DNA of 64,000 nt, from the IMG/VR virus record IMGVR_UViG_3300027973_000030, positions 1 to 64,000 of that record, one strand, 5' to 3'. The position numbers and the translations under genes were made by a program. A model generated the notes under the pieces. It searched no databases. It was not told the DNA's origin and was given only the letters and a program-made list of their open reading frames with translations. This document shows positions 53,835-63,886 of the stretch, in pieces. Each line of letters starts with the position of its first letter. The first letter of the stretch is position 1. Origin of the DNA: a virus.

Positions 53835-54227
53835 ATGCCAAGAAAAATAGCTAGACCACGTAAAACTACAGTAGATAAAACAAGAAATGCTGGTACTATG
53901 ACAGAATCAGTTTTTTGGAGTTTTATACGTAGTACATTGAGACAAAAGTCAAGATGGTGGAAGCCAATTACACAATGTAAAATAGATGCTCGTAGACCTT
54001 ATAAAGGACCTAACAAACGGCAGAAGTTTGAATATGAATGTAATGCTTGTCATAAGTGGTTTCCTGAAAAGAAAATCAACGTAGATCATATAATAGGAGC
54101 AGGTAGTCTTAAATGTAGTAATGACCTTCCAGGTTTTGTAGATAGATTGTTCTGTGAACAAGAGAACTTACAAGTACTATGTGAAACATGTCATGATGCT
54201 AAAACTAAATTAGAAAAACTAAAGTAA
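53835..54227 (+). CDS. HNH endonuclease (130 aa)
   Basis: CNAC...VDHII...NLQVLCETCHDAKT. Confidence 0.85.
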   Translation: MPRKIARPRKTTVDKTRNAGTMTESVFWSFIRSTLRQKSRWWKPITQCKIDARRPYKGPNKRQKFEYECNACHKWFPEKKINVDHIIGAGSLKCSNDLPGFVDRLFCEQENLQVLCETCHDAKTKLEKLK

Positions 54228-54228
54228 A

Positions 54229-54384
54229 ATGGAAGACCCAATTATTGAAGCTGTCATAGAACAGATGAGAAAAGACTTTGAGATGGATGACGTAACAGCT
54301 ATATATGAGTTGTTAGAGTTCACACCAAAGAAGAATTTACTAGGTTATTTACCAGAAGAAATTTCAGAACAATTAGAAAACTAA
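54229..54384 (+). CDS. Small hypothetical protein (51 aa), not in the track
   Basis: MEDPIIEAVIEQMRKDFEMDDVTAIYELLEFTPKKNLLGYLPEEISEQLEN; fills the gap. Confidence 0.65.
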   Translation: MEDPIIEAVIEQMRKDFEMDDVTAIYELLEFTPKKNLLGYLPEEISEQLEN

Positions 54385-54389
54385 ATACT

Positions 54390-54626
54390 ATGGCAATATA
54401 TAGTAATGAAACAGACCCAAATGTTAATGATTGGGATAAGTCAGAAGATGCACAGATATCTAAGCAGGAACTATTAAATAAAGCTGCTGAGCTAAAAAAC
54501 TGTAATGACTTAATTAAAGAATTAGTAGCTCTCCTTGAATATGAGGAAGCTCTAACTGTAGATCCAAGATCCCAACAGAGGATGAGTGCTAAACTAATAG
54601 AACTAGGATTATGGCCATCAAGATAA
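54390..54626 (+). CDS. Hypothetical protein (78 aa)
   Basis: ORF track. Confidence 0.6.
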   Translation: MAIYSNETDPNVNDWDKSEDAQISKQELLNKAAELKNCNDLIKELVALLEYEEALTVDPRSQQRMSAKLIELGLWPSR

Positions 54627-55111
54627 CTACAGAAGAAATAATAGCTAAGTATCCAAAGATATTTGAAGACTATCCTGGTAATCCAGGAAGATGTAATTGG
54701 CATGGTGTACCGACAGGTTGGTTACCAATTATAGATGACTTGTGTGGTTCTATACAAGAATACATAGATCATCATAGATACTCTATAGACAATCCTGATT
54801 ATATAGAAGGATCTACATGGAACTATGATGATATAACTACGCATAAATCTATAATGGTATCTCATGATCAAGTTACCTGCACACAGATGAAAGAAAAGTT
54901 TGGTGGACTCAGATTCTATGAAAATGGTGCAGATAAAAAAGTAGATGGTATGATACACTATGCAGAATACTTAGCTGATAATACATGCCAAGATTGCGGT
55001 TCTAGAGAAGATCTAGGAAGAACATCAGGTTGGATTTCTACAATATGTAGAACCTGTGCAATTGGTAATGGTGATAGAGCTATGGCAGCATGGAAATCTT
55101 TAAACGAATAA
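54611..55111 (+). CDS. Conserved phage hypothetical protein (166 aa)
   Basis: GW..II...QMKEKFGGLRFY...CQDCG. Confidence 0.75.
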   Translation: MAIKITTEEIIAKYPKIFEDYPGNPGRCNWHGVPTGWLPIIDDLCGSIQEYIDHHRYSIDNPDYIEGSTWNYDDITTHKSIMVSHDQVTCTQMKEKFGGLRFYENGADKKVDGMIHYAEYLADNTCQDCGSREDLGRTSGWISTICRTCAIGNGDRAMAAWKSLNE

Positions 55112-55112
55112 T

Positions 55113-55469
55113 ATGGCAGATATAGATCAAGAAATAGATCATAACTCAGCATTCAGAAGACTGATGGCTGATCCTGAATATCAAAAAATGCAGCAAGATT
55201 TTCAGAAAAGACATGATGCAGAAATAGAAATATTAAGTAATGATATGACAGCTGATATGTTAGCTGATATCCGTGATTGGAGATGTGGTACAGGACCAGA
55301 TGATCCTAATACTCACTCATGGAGAGGTGTAGCAGCACAATTTTATGAAAAATATCCTGAATTTAGCTACTCACATAGTATAATGTCTAGTAATCAAATA
55401 TCAGGTATGATGTTATGTCAAGTGGCACAAGAGCTACTAAAACAAGATAACTCTGAAGGATGGAATTAA
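55113..55469 (+). CDS. Hypothetical protein (118 aa)
   Basis: ORF track. Confidence 0.65.
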   Translation: MADIDQEIDHNSAFRRLMADPEYQKMQQDFQKRHDAEIEILSNDMTADMLADIRDWRCGTGPDDPNTHSWRGVAAQFYEKYPEFSYSHSIMSSNQISGMMLCQVAQELLKQDNSEGWN

Positions 55470-55481
55470 AACTTTAATGTT

Positions 55482-55895
55482 ATGAACGGACTAGAACAAA
55501 TTGTATATAGTACCGCTACATGTAAAAAATGTGGTGATGTACTAGTCTCTAGACACAGACATAATTATGTTATGTGTACTTGTGATAATAAAACCATGCT
55601 AGATGGAGGTACAGAATACCAACGTTATGGTGGTGCTGATCTTGATTTAGTAGACTTATCTGCAACTGTATATCTTACAGACGGATTTGAAAAATGTAGA
55701 ACTGCTCCATTATGGGGAACACACGGTATAAACGGTGATGAACCGTATAAACAAATGTCTGTATCAGAAATGAATGATGGACATTTAGAAGCTGTTATTA
55801 AAGAATACGGACACAGAATGGAAAAATGGAGACTCGGCCTCATGCTACAAGAAGTAGAGAAGAGAGCTGAAGAATTAAATAACTCAATACAATAA
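55482..55895 (+). CDS. Zn-binding phage hypothetical protein (137 aa)
   Basis: CKKCGD..SRHRH..CTC...DGG. Confidence 0.7.
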   Translation: MNGLEQIVYSTATCKKCGDVLVSRHRHNYVMCTCDNKTMLDGGTEYQRYGGADLDLVDLSATVYLTDGFEKCRTAPLWGTHGINGDEPYKQMSVSEMNDGHLEAVIKEYGHRMEKWRLGLMLQEVEKRAEELNNSIQ

Positions 55896-55899
55896 CAAC

Positions 55900-56931
55900 A
55901 TGGAACTAGAAGATTTAATGGAAGAGTCTATAAAAATTATGCAAGATGATTTTTACAATAAGAAGTTTTACTTCTCATACAGTAGTTTAAATAAACTTCT
56001 TTGGAGCCCTGCAGTATTTCATAGCATGTATATACTTGGACTTAAAGAAGAACGTACAGATGCTCACTTAGTACAAGGTAAGATTGTGCACGCACTTCTA
56101 TTAGAAGAAGAAAAGTTTAATGACAACTTTATTGTTAGTCCAGGTAAACTACCGGGTGATGGTGTAAGAGCTGTTGTAGATAGAGTGTTTGCTCATCATA
56201 TAGAATTATCACAAAATGGTGACTTACGTACAAAACTAGATGAATTTGATCAAGCAGTTCTTGATGTTATGAAAGATATGAATTATTTTCAAGCATTAAA
56301 AACAGATCAGCAACGTCTAGATAAAATTATCAGTACAGAAACTACTAACTATTGGGATTTCTTAAAGACTAAAGGTAACAAGACTCTTATAGATCAAGAA
56401 ACATTTGATTTCTGTAAGTCAGCGGTAGAGCTAGTTAAGACTAACAAAAGTATATGCAAACTTATTGGTTGTAATAAAACTGAGTTTGATAATATAGATG
56501 TTAGAAACGAGTTGTTCTTACAAACTGAAGCAGGAGAAAAACCTTTTGGTATTAAAGGAATTATAGATAACTTAGTAATCAACCATGATGAAAAGATTAT
56601 ATATATTAATGATATTAAAACAACAAGTAAAGAACTAAAAGATTTTCCTGAAACTATTGAGTTTTATTCTTACTGGTTACAAGCTATAATCTATTGTAGC
56701 TTAGTGGCTAACGAGTATAAAGCTCAAATTGAATTAGGTGGTTATGAATTTAAATTTAACTTTGTAGTTATAGACAAGATGTTTCAAACATACGCTTTTC
56801 CTGTATCAGATGCTACATTAGCAAGCTGGTTAATGAGAATGAGAGAGGTTATGAATAAAGCAGAATGGCATTATGTAAATAAAAGTTATGATCTTCCGTA
56901 CGATTTTGCTACAGGTTCCGTAACTTTGTAA
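55900..56931 (+). CDS. PD-(D/E)XK exonuclease (RecE/Cas4-like) (343 aa)
   Basis: FSYSSL, GKIVH, KGIIDNL..NDIKT and YWLQAIIY. Confidence 0.8.
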   Translation: MELEDLMEESIKIMQDDFYNKKFYFSYSSLNKLLWSPAVFHSMYILGLKEERTDAHLVQGKIVHALLLEEEKFNDNFIVSPGKLPGDGVRAVVDRVFAHHIELSQNGDLRTKLDEFDQAVLDVMKDMNYFQALKTDQQRLDKIISTETTNYWDFLKTKGNKTLIDQETFDFCKSAVELVKTNKSICKLIGCNKTEFDNIDVRNELFLQTEAGEKPFGIKGIIDNLVINHDEKIIYINDIKTTSKELKDFPETIEFYSYWLQAIIYCSLVANEYKAQIELGGYEFKFNFVVIDKMFQTYAFPVSDATLASWLMRMREVMNKAEWHYVNKSYDLPYDFATGSVTL

Positions 56932-56944
56932 ACAAATTGTACAT

Positions 56945-57502
56945 ATGATAGAGAGCTTATATGGTAAATACTTTCAAAAGTCTAGGTCTTTTTTGTACCC
57001 AGCTTTAGGAATTAAAAAGAGCAGTAGCACCCATCCTACAGGTACTTATCTATCCCTTAAAGGAAAAATAGGTCCTGAAGACATGAAGCTTATCTGCAGT
57101 TATAAAAATAGTGAGACTGAAGGGTTTAAAGCATTTGAGGAAAAGATGTTACTCACTAATCCTTTATTTGAACAAGTCATCCCTATTCAAGATTATAAGC
57201 TCTATGTATTTGATTTTCAAATATATAAAGATGACTGGTTCAACTTTTTACTTGGAAAATATTCTAATTTATCAAATGTTCTGAAGAGAGCTATTAAAGC
57301 ATACTATGGTGAGAAATCATCTGAATACAACTACATGGAGTCATATCTGTTTCCCGAAAGGTTCCACGGCTTGTACGCTAAACTTTTAGATGTGGATATC
57401 AAAACAATAAAGTCAAGCGGTGGTGAGCTCTGTGACCCATGTAGTATTGAAAAAGAAACTTTAAAAATTCCTTTAGAACATTTGGTAATGTTAGATAAAT
57501 AA
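56945..57502 (+). CDS. Hypothetical protein (185 aa)
   Basis: ORF track. Confidence 0.7.
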   Translation: MIESLYGKYFQKSRSFLYPALGIKKSSSTHPTGTYLSLKGKIGPEDMKLICSYKNSETEGFKAFEEKMLLTNPLFEQVIPIQDYKLYVFDFQIYKDDWFNFLLGKYSNLSNVLKRAIKAYYGEKSSEYNYMESYLFPERFHGLYAKLLDVDIKTIKSSGGELCDPCSIEKETLKIPLEHLVMLDK

Positions 57503-57511
57503 GTAAATTTG
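57481..57511 (+). promoter_or_regulatory. Full Bacteroidota sigma70-type promoter (TTTG-N19-TAAATTTG)
   Basis: -33 TTTG at 57481-57484 and -7 TAAATTTG at 57504-57511. Confidence 0.65.
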
Positions 57512-57529
57512 TATACTAAAAAAACAACA

Positions 57530-57946
57530 ATGAATAAATCAATGATGCTAGTTACTTCTAGCTGGGGTCCTAGAAAAACCTTTAAACTTATGCCTATTAC
57601 ACCTGATGCTATCTATAACGAAGGGATATTTGACCCAGATAGCAAAGTGTTAGCTTTAATCGGTAAAGAGAAAAAACAGTCTTTACACATGTTAGCTAAG
57701 CTTAATGATTTAGGAGACCCACAAGAACTTAAGATTGGTAAAAGATCTAACGGTAAATCATATGCTGAAGAGCGTAAACCATTAGAGAGCTTTTATGAAT
57801 ACTATGTAGAGCATCCAGAAGAGATTGTTAATATTATTAATATGATTGCTATTAATGCAGACACATTTAATTATAAAGAACATATGGAATCTCCAGCTAC
57901 ACCTCCAGCAGGTCCAAAACATAGCGGGATTATTACAGAAGCGTAA
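57530..57946 (+). CDS. Hypothetical protein (start MNKSM)
   Basis: ATG downstream of the promoter; followed by a terminator. Confidence 0.7.
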   Translation: MNKSMMLVTSSWGPRKTFKLMPITPDAIYNEGIFDPDSKVLALIGKEKKQSLHMLAKLNDLGDPQELKIGKRSNGKSYAEERKPLESFYEYYVEHPEEIVNIINMIAINADTFNYKEHMESPATPPAGPKHSGIITEA

Positions 57947-57976
57947 TTACTACTACTAGCTCCATCAATAACAACT

Positions 57977-58002
57977 AAGGGAAGAGAAATCTTCCCTTTT
58001 TT
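57977..58002 (+). terminator. Intrinsic terminator
   Basis: AAGGGAAGA-GAAA-TCTTCCCTT plus T-run. Confidence 0.8.
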
Positions 58003-58046
58003 CAGCTTCATTAATACGGGGGGACAGCTTAACTGAACAAAAACTT

Positions 58047-60005
58047 ATGGCACAGACAGCATCACCTACCCATTGGGTAATGGACTATGAGACACTTACT
58101 AATTGTTTTATAGCCGTATTCCAACACTATAAAGATGATAATATCAGTGAGATATTCATTGTTACTAAAGATCAAAACGACATAGCTAAATTTATAGACT
58201 TTCTTAATAAGTGTGTAAAACAAAAGCAGTGGCATATATCATATAATGGTCTAGCATTTGATGCTCAGATTTCACAGCATGTGATTAATAATCAAAAAGA
58301 ATACTTAAAACTAGATGGTGAAGAAGCTGCTAAGCGTTTATATGCTTACGCTCAATCTGTTATTGATAAATCAAGTAAAGGGGAGTTTCTAGAATTTGCT
58401 CCTTACAAACTTAAGATCCGACAAATAGATCTATTCAAAATGAACCACTGGGATAACCGTGCTAAGATGAGTAGTCTTAAATGGATACAGTATAGTATGG
58501 ATTGGGAGAACGTTGAAGAAATGCCGCATCATTATTATGAAGATGTAGAAACATCAGAACAATTACAGGATGTAGTTCAATATTGTATCAATGACGTACT
58601 CAGTACTAAGATGATACTTGAACATTCTAAAGAGCAAATACAGCTCAGACAAACTCTTACAAAAGAATATGGTATTGACTTATATTCAGCATCAGAACCA
58701 AGAATTTCTAAAGAGTTATTTCTTTATTTCTTGAGTAAGAAGCTGGACTGGGACAAGTCTGAGATCAAAATGCTCAGAACGCCACGTAATTATATTGTAT
58801 TAGCTGATTGTATACTTCCTTATGTGAAGTTTGTAACCCCAGAGTTTCAAAAGATTCTTGACTACTTCCGTACCAAGGTAATTACATCTACTAAAGATGG
58901 TTTTAAGTTCACTCTTGAAAATAGAGGTGTTAAAACTGACTACGGTCTAGGCGGTATCCATGGTGCAGCAGATGCAGGAGTATATGAAGCTCAAACTGGT
59001 TATACAATTATGACTAGTGACGTTACATCATTCTATCCTAATCTAGCTATTAAGAACAAGTTTCATCCTGAACACCTACCACAAAAAGAGTTTGGTGATC
59101 TGTATGAATGGTTCTTTGAAGAGCGTAAAAAGATTCCTAAGTCTGATCCTAAAAACTACGTTTACAAGATTATCCTCAATAGTACATACGGTTTAACAGG
59201 TGATGAAAACTCATTCCTGTATGATCCACGTATGACTATGCAAATTACAATCAACGGTCAGTTATTATTATCAATGCTTTACGAGATGTTGTGTTTAGCT
59301 ATACCAGAAGCTATGCCTCTAATGCAAAATACAGATGGTTTAGAAATGATGATACCAACATCAGCTATACCTAAGTATATGGAGGTATGTGAAAAATGGC
59401 AAGTAATTACACAACTTAACCTGGAACATGATGAATATTCTAAAATGATCATTGGTGATGTAAACAATTATATAGCAGTAACTAAAGATGGTAAAACTAA
59501 ATGTAAAGGTAGATTTGAGTGGGAAGACTTAGAAAAAAAGAAAGTAAGTGTATTCCATAAGAATAAATCTTTCTTAATTATACCTAAAGCTATCTATGCA
59601 TTCTTTACAAAAGGTATAGAGCCCGAACAGTTCTTAGAAGACAATCAGTCTATCTTTGATTATTGTGCAGGTGTAAAAGCTAAAGGTGGCTGGTATTATG
59701 AGACTAGAAAACTTATTCATGAAAATGATGGGTCATCTATAGAAAAAACTAAACTACAAAAAATAGTAAGATACTATGTAGCTGAGAAAGGTACTAAACT
59801 AATGAAGTGTCACCCGGATGGTCGTGAAGCTCAAGTAGAAGCAGGACCTTGGATGCAAACAGTAGTTAATGACTTAAGAGATACTAATAAACCTCTTAGT
59901 GAATACGGCATTAACAAAGACTATTATCTAGAAAACATTCATAGACAAATAGAACAAATCAACAAGATAAAGCGTAAAAGCTTTACTCAGTTATCATTAT
60001 TTTAA
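58047..60005 (+). CDS. polB: DNA polymerase family B (652 aa)
   Basis: Exo DYET, YNGLAFD and YCINDV; Pol SDVTSFYPN, KIILNSTYG and NTDG. Confidence 0.92.
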   Translation: MAQTASPTHWVMDYETLTNCFIAVFQHYKDDNISEIFIVTKDQNDIAKFIDFLNKCVKQKQWHISYNGLAFDAQISQHVINNQKEYLKLDGEEAAKRLYAYAQSVIDKSSKGEFLEFAPYKLKIRQIDLFKMNHWDNRAKMSSLKWIQYSMDWENVEEMPHHYYEDVETSEQLQDVVQYCINDVLSTKMILEHSKEQIQLRQTLTKEYGIDLYSASEPRISKELFLYFLSKKLDWDKSEIKMLRTPRNYIVLADCILPYVKFVTPEFQKILDYFRTKVITSTKDGFKFTLENRGVKTDYGLGGIHGAADAGVYEAQTGYTIMTSDVTSFYPNLAIKNKFHPEHLPQKEFGDLYEWFFEERKKIPKSDPKNYVYKIILNSTYGLTGDENSFLYDPRMTMQITINGQLLLSMLYEMLCLAIPEAMPLMQNTDGLEMMIPTSAIPKYMEVCEKWQVITQLNLEHDEYSKMIIGDVNNYIAVTKDGKTKCKGRFEWEDLEKKKVSVFHKNKSFLIIPKAIYAFFTKGIEPEQFLEDNQSIFDYCAGVKAKGGWYYETRKLIHENDGSSIEKTKLQKIVRYYVAEKGTKLMKCHPDGREAQVEAGPWMQTVVNDLRDTNKPLSEYGINKDYYLENIHRQIEQINKIKRKSFTQLSLF

Positions 60006-60016
60006 AAAACAATTTT

Positions 60017-60838
60017 ATGCCAATAAAGACAGAGTTCAGAACTGAACAACTTATTAGACAAGCAGCTTTACCTACACATGGTAAAAGCTACACTGTTATT
60101 CCTCACGGTTACGTGATTGATGAAACTAAAAAAGAATTAGCTACTGCAGGATTTACAATTTCTAACGAGCTATACAAGACTAATTTAAATGGTGAAGTAG
60201 CACAAGGTGTCTATCATTTAAATTATGGTAATGATCCTGATATGGGTCTAATGTTTGCATGGTCTAACTCATACAACAAGATGATGAGATTTAAATGTGC
60301 AGTGGGTGCTCAAGTATTTGTATGTATGAATGGTATGGTATCGGGTGACATAGGTAGTTATGCCAGGAAACATACTGGTACAGCACTAGTTGATGTTACA
60401 CAAACTATTCAATATCAGATATCTAAAGCTAAAGAACACTATAATAACTTAATAGCTGATAAAGAAACATTTAAACAAATCACGCTAAGTAAGAAAGAGC
60501 AAGCTTCTATTATTGGTCAGCTATATGCAGATCAAGAAATACTTACTCTTTCTCAAGTAGGTATAGTTAAACATGAGTTAGATGCTCCAAGTCATAATTA
60601 TAATGCTCCTGTAGATTCTGCATGGACATTATATAATCACATTACTTTAGCTCTAAAAGATTCTCATCCAATGAGATATCTTGGAGATCATCAAAAAGTA
60701 CATACGTTCTTTCTAAACAATCTTGGATCTACTACTACAGTGAGTAATATAATTACTTCTCCTATCATAGATGATTTAGAAGAAGAAGCAGTATATGCAG
60801 ATATTGAAGAATCTATATTTGGAGTAACTTTTTTATAA
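60017..60838 (+). CDS. DUF932-like protein (273 aa)
   Basis: YTVIPH, NSYNK...VFVCMNGMV..RKHTG and AWTLYNHIT. Confidence 0.7.
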   Translation: MPIKTEFRTEQLIRQAALPTHGKSYTVIPHGYVIDETKKELATAGFTISNELYKTNLNGEVAQGVYHLNYGNDPDMGLMFAWSNSYNKMMRFKCAVGAQVFVCMNGMVSGDIGSYARKHTGTALVDVTQTIQYQISKAKEHYNNLIADKETFKQITLSKKEQASIIGQLYADQEILTLSQVGIVKHELDAPSHNYNAPVDSAWTLYNHITLALKDSHPMRYLGDHQKVHTFFLNNLGSTTTVSNIITSPIIDDLEEEAVYADIEESIFGVTFL

Positions 60839-60845
60839 TTAAGAT

Positions 60846-60879
60846 GAGTGAGGGAGTGTAATACTTCCTCACTTATTTT
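60846..60879 (+). terminator. Intrinsic terminator
   Basis: GAGTGAGGGAGT-GTAAT-ACTTCCTCACTT plus ATTTT. Confidence 0.7.
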
Positions 60880-60890
60880 CAAGTTTACAT

Positions 60891-61226
60891 ATGTTAAATG
60901 AAAAATCTATAGGAAACTTATTTTCCTGTGTGCTTCAACACCTAAAATGTATAGAAATAAGACTAGAATATGCAAAAGCTGCTAGTACTCAAAAACAAAA
61001 ATACGCTCTGAGTAATGCAGCTCAAAAAGTAAAGGTGGCTATAGATCACTTATGTGGTTTACTACCTGACTCTAATCATATTTTAGAAGTAAAAAAAGAG
61101 TTAGACAAAGCTAACTTAGTATATGTAATGCTTCTCACTGAACAACTAATTAGTTTACCAGAAGAAGATTTAGAAGAAGTAATTGAATTAATAGAAACAC
61201 ATATTAATAATAAATACAAAGAATAA
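60891..61226 (+). CDS. Hypothetical protein (111 aa)
   Basis: ORF track. Confidence 0.65.
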   Translation: MLNEKSIGNLFSCVLQHLKCIEIRLEYAKAASTQKQKYALSNAAQKVKVAIDHLCGLLPDSNHILEVKKELDKANLVYVMLLTEQLISLPEEDLEEVIELIETHINNKYKE

Positions 61227-61228
61227 TT

Positions 61229-61570
61229 ATGAAATGGTATAAACTAAATGAAGACCATACAGTGGAACTATTACCTGATGGTGTATACCCTCTACAAGGA
61301 GATTTAACAGGACCAACTAAACATGTTGGTAACACCTTTGTAGGTGAACAAAGAATATCTACAGTATTTCTACATTTTGATCACAGCTTAGATTTTGGAA
61401 TGAATACAAAATCTTCTAAACCAATATTATTTGAGTCTATGATCTTTGATGGTAGTAATGATGAATATCAGCGTAGATACTGTACATATGACGAAGCTTT
61501 AGAAGGACACAATAACTTAGTAAAAGCTTTAGAAGAAGAAAGACATCCTGACTTTTATTTTAATGATTAA
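61229..61570 (+). CDS. Conserved phage hypothetical protein (113 aa)
   Basis: ISTVFL..DH...LFESMIF...RYCTYDEALEGH. Confidence 0.7.
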   Translation: MKWYKLNEDHTVELLPDGVYPLQGDLTGPTKHVGNTFVGEQRISTVFLHFDHSLDFGMNTKSSKPILFESMIFDGSNDEYQRRYCTYDEALEGHNNLVKALEEERHPDFYFND

Positions 61571-61573
61571 ACT

Positions 61574-61717
61574 ATGAACGAAACAATCAGCTTAGATATA
61601 GACTTAATATCAGAAGAACTATATCAATTATTATTACAAGAATTTTATAACCAACATCCTGAAATAGGAGACAGTTCTTTAGATAACTGGACTATTACAG
61701 CAGATGTAGAAAACTAA
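61574..61717 (+). CDS. Small hypothetical protein (47 aa), not in the track
   Basis: MNETISLDIDLISEELYQLLLQEFYNQHPEIGDSSLDNWTITADVEN. Confidence 0.55.
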   Translation: MNETISLDIDLISEELYQLLLQEFYNQHPEIGDSSLDNWTITADVEN

Positions 61718-61722
61718 ATAAC

Positions 61723-62433
61723 ATGATCATAGGAATTAACGGGTATTCCGGCAGTGGAAAAGACACTGTCGGTATTATCATACAATACTTATCTGTAAAT
61801 GATGACAACCAACCAACTACATCTTTAGAAGATGTATTAGAGTTTACAATAACACACGAGTGGTGGCTAGAAGAACAGTCTGGTTGGGAAATTAAAAAGT
61901 GGGCAGGTAAACTTAAAGAAATAGCTTCTACACTAACAGGTATAGCTAAGCATAAGTTTGAAGACCAAGAGTTTAAAAAAACTAACCTAAGTTCTGAATG
62001 GGATTGTAATCCTCCAGGTAAAGTAGGTACAATGCATAAACAACCTTTAACTGTAAGAGAATTCTTACAAAGATTAGGTACAGATGCATTAAGATATGGT
62101 CTACATGAAAACGCATGGGTTAATGCTCTTATGTCTGATTATACACCTACACAAGTACAATGGGCTCAAGGTCCTATTGGTGGTTATGAAGACGGTGATA
62201 TGCCTAACTGGATTATTACAGACACTAGATTTCCTAATGAAGCAGATGCTATCAGAGAAAAAGATGGTGTACTAATCCGTGTAGAAAGACCTGGCGTAAA
62301 ACCAATTAATGATCATCCTTCAGAAATAGGATTAGATCATTATAAGTTTGACCATGTTATTAAAAACAATGGTTCTATACAAGAGTTAGCAAATCAAGTT
62401 AAAAGTATACTACGTTTACACAAGATGTTATAA
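61723..62433 (+). CDS. Deoxynucleoside monophosphate kinase (236 aa)
   Basis: IIGINGYSGSGKDT, REFLQRLGT, ITDTRFPNE and HPSE. Confidence 0.88.
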   Translation: MIIGINGYSGSGKDTVGIIIQYLSVNDDNQPTTSLEDVLEFTITHEWWLEEQSGWEIKKWAGKLKEIASTLTGIAKHKFEDQEFKKTNLSSEWDCNPPGKVGTMHKQPLTVREFLQRLGTDALRYGLHENAWVNALMSDYTPTQVQWAQGPIGGYEDGDMPNWIITDTRFPNEADAIREKDGVLIRVERPGVKPINDHPSEIGLDHYKFDHVIKNNGSIQELANQVKSILRLHKML

Positions 62434-62435
62434 TT

Positions 62436-63119
62436 ATGAAAATACTACACATCAGTGACACCCACGGGTTTCATAATGACTTCCCTAAAAATTATTTTGA
62501 TGGTATAGATATGGTCATACATAGTGGTGACTGTTCTAATAGTAATCTTCTACATCAATCAATTATTGAAATACAAAGTTTTCTTAACTGGTATGAAACT
62601 GTACCAGTTAAACATAAGATCTTTGTAGCAGGTAATCATGATACAGCAATTGCTAGAAGAGCTATAGCACCTGAAGATATCAGGCTTAGAGGTATTACAT
62701 ACTTAGAAAATGAATCTGTAGATATAGAAGGACTAAAGATATGGGGCTCCCCTATTACACCAACCTTTGGTGATTGGTCCTTTATGAAAGCTAGAGATAA
62801 AACCTTTACTGTATGGGACAAAATACCTGTAGGTACAGATGTCATCGTAGTACATGGACCACCAAAAGGTATACGAGATCTTTCGTTGGATAGACAGAAC
62901 AACTTAGAAATGTGTGGTGATAAGTCATTAGGTAAAAGAATTAAGATAATTAACCCACAACTAGTATGCTTTGGTCATATCCATAACTGTAAAGAGATCA
63001 TAAACCAAGGAGTATCAACTTATTATGGTACTCGTACTGTATTCTCTAACGGTGCTTGTGTAGATGATGGAAGATTTGACCGTGGTCTTACATCTTTTGG
63101 TAATATAATAGAACTTTAA
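62436..63119 (+). CDS. Calcineurin-like metallophosphoesterase (227 aa)
   Basis: SDTH, HSGD, AGNHD, HGPP and FGHIH. Confidence 0.9.
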   Translation: MKILHISDTHGFHNDFPKNYFDGIDMVIHSGDCSNSNLLHQSIIEIQSFLNWYETVPVKHKIFVAGNHDTAIARRAIAPEDIRLRGITYLENESVDIEGLKIWGSPITPTFGDWSFMKARDKTFTVWDKIPVGTDVIVVHGPPKGIRDLSLDRQNNLEMCGDKSLGKRIKIINPQLVCFGHIHNCKEIINQGVSTYYGTRTVFSNGACVDDGRFDRGLTSFGNIIEL

Positions 63120-63146
63120 TAACTTTAATTTTTAAATCAATGACGT

Positions 63147-63374
63147 ATGAAAGATTGTTGCGTATCTTGCGGTGTAGAAACTGCATACGATGAATCAACT
63201 CATGTAGACATGAGAAACGGTTATATAGATGGATTAGGTCAATTATGTTCAAGCTGCTACCTTTATGGTAGTAACCGCAGACATATCCTAGTATCTGAAG
63301 CTACAATTATAAACACTCCTAATGACAATGAGTTAGGTAGTAAGGTAAGAAAAATATATCATGAAGCGAAATGA
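63147..63374 (+). CDS. Small Zn-ribbon protein (75 aa)
   Basis: CVSCG...GQLCSSC. Confidence 0.65.
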   Translation: MKDCCVSCGVETAYDESTHVDMRNGYIDGLGQLCSSCYLYGSNRRHILVSEATIINTPNDNELGSKVRKIYHEAK

Positions 63375-63615
63375 TAACTTGATACAAATTATTATAGACC
63401 AAATGTTTATTATAGCCGGCCATAACGTTAGCTATAATGATATTATTGGTAGAAAAGATGACTGGTATTGTCAATGGACAATGACAGATGACCAACGTAA
63501 AGAATGGATAGACTGGGGCGTAACGTACATCCGTAAGAAAAAACGTTGGAGTAAAAAGTTAGCCGAAAGAGAAATGGCTTTCTTAGATTTATATTGTGGA
63601 CTTAAAAATGTTTAA
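63361..63615 (+). CDS. Hypothetical protein (84 aa)
   Basis: ORF track. Confidence 0.65.
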   Translation: MKRNDNLIQIIIDQMFIIAGHNVSYNDIIGRKDDWYCQWTMTDDQRKEWIDWGVTYIRKKKRWSKKLAEREMAFLDLYCGLKNV

Positions 63616-63616
63616 A

Positions 63617-63886
63617 ATGAAAAAATATATAACAGCAGCATTAAGCTTAGGTACAATTACTTTATTGTTCTACACTATGTTTGATTTAAAAGAACAAGTA
63701 AAACAAGTGGACATTCTACAAAAACAATTAGATAGTGTTACAATATTAAAAGACAGCTTATATGATGTAAGTTTTGGAGCTCAAGTAGAAAATGGTAGAT
63801 ACCAAATGTCTCTAGAGCATTTAAAGACAGTTAATCCTAAAGCAGCTGATGAATTTGAAAACTTCTACGGTCATGAAACAGAGTAA
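63617..63886 (+). CDS. Single-TM coiled-coil protein (start MKKYIT)
   Basis: N-terminal TM followed by a coiled coil. Confidence 0.6.
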   Translation: MKKYITAALSLGTITLLFYTMFDLKEQVKQVDILQKQLDSVTILKDSLYDVSFGAQVENGRYQMSLEHLKTVNPKAADEFENFYGHETE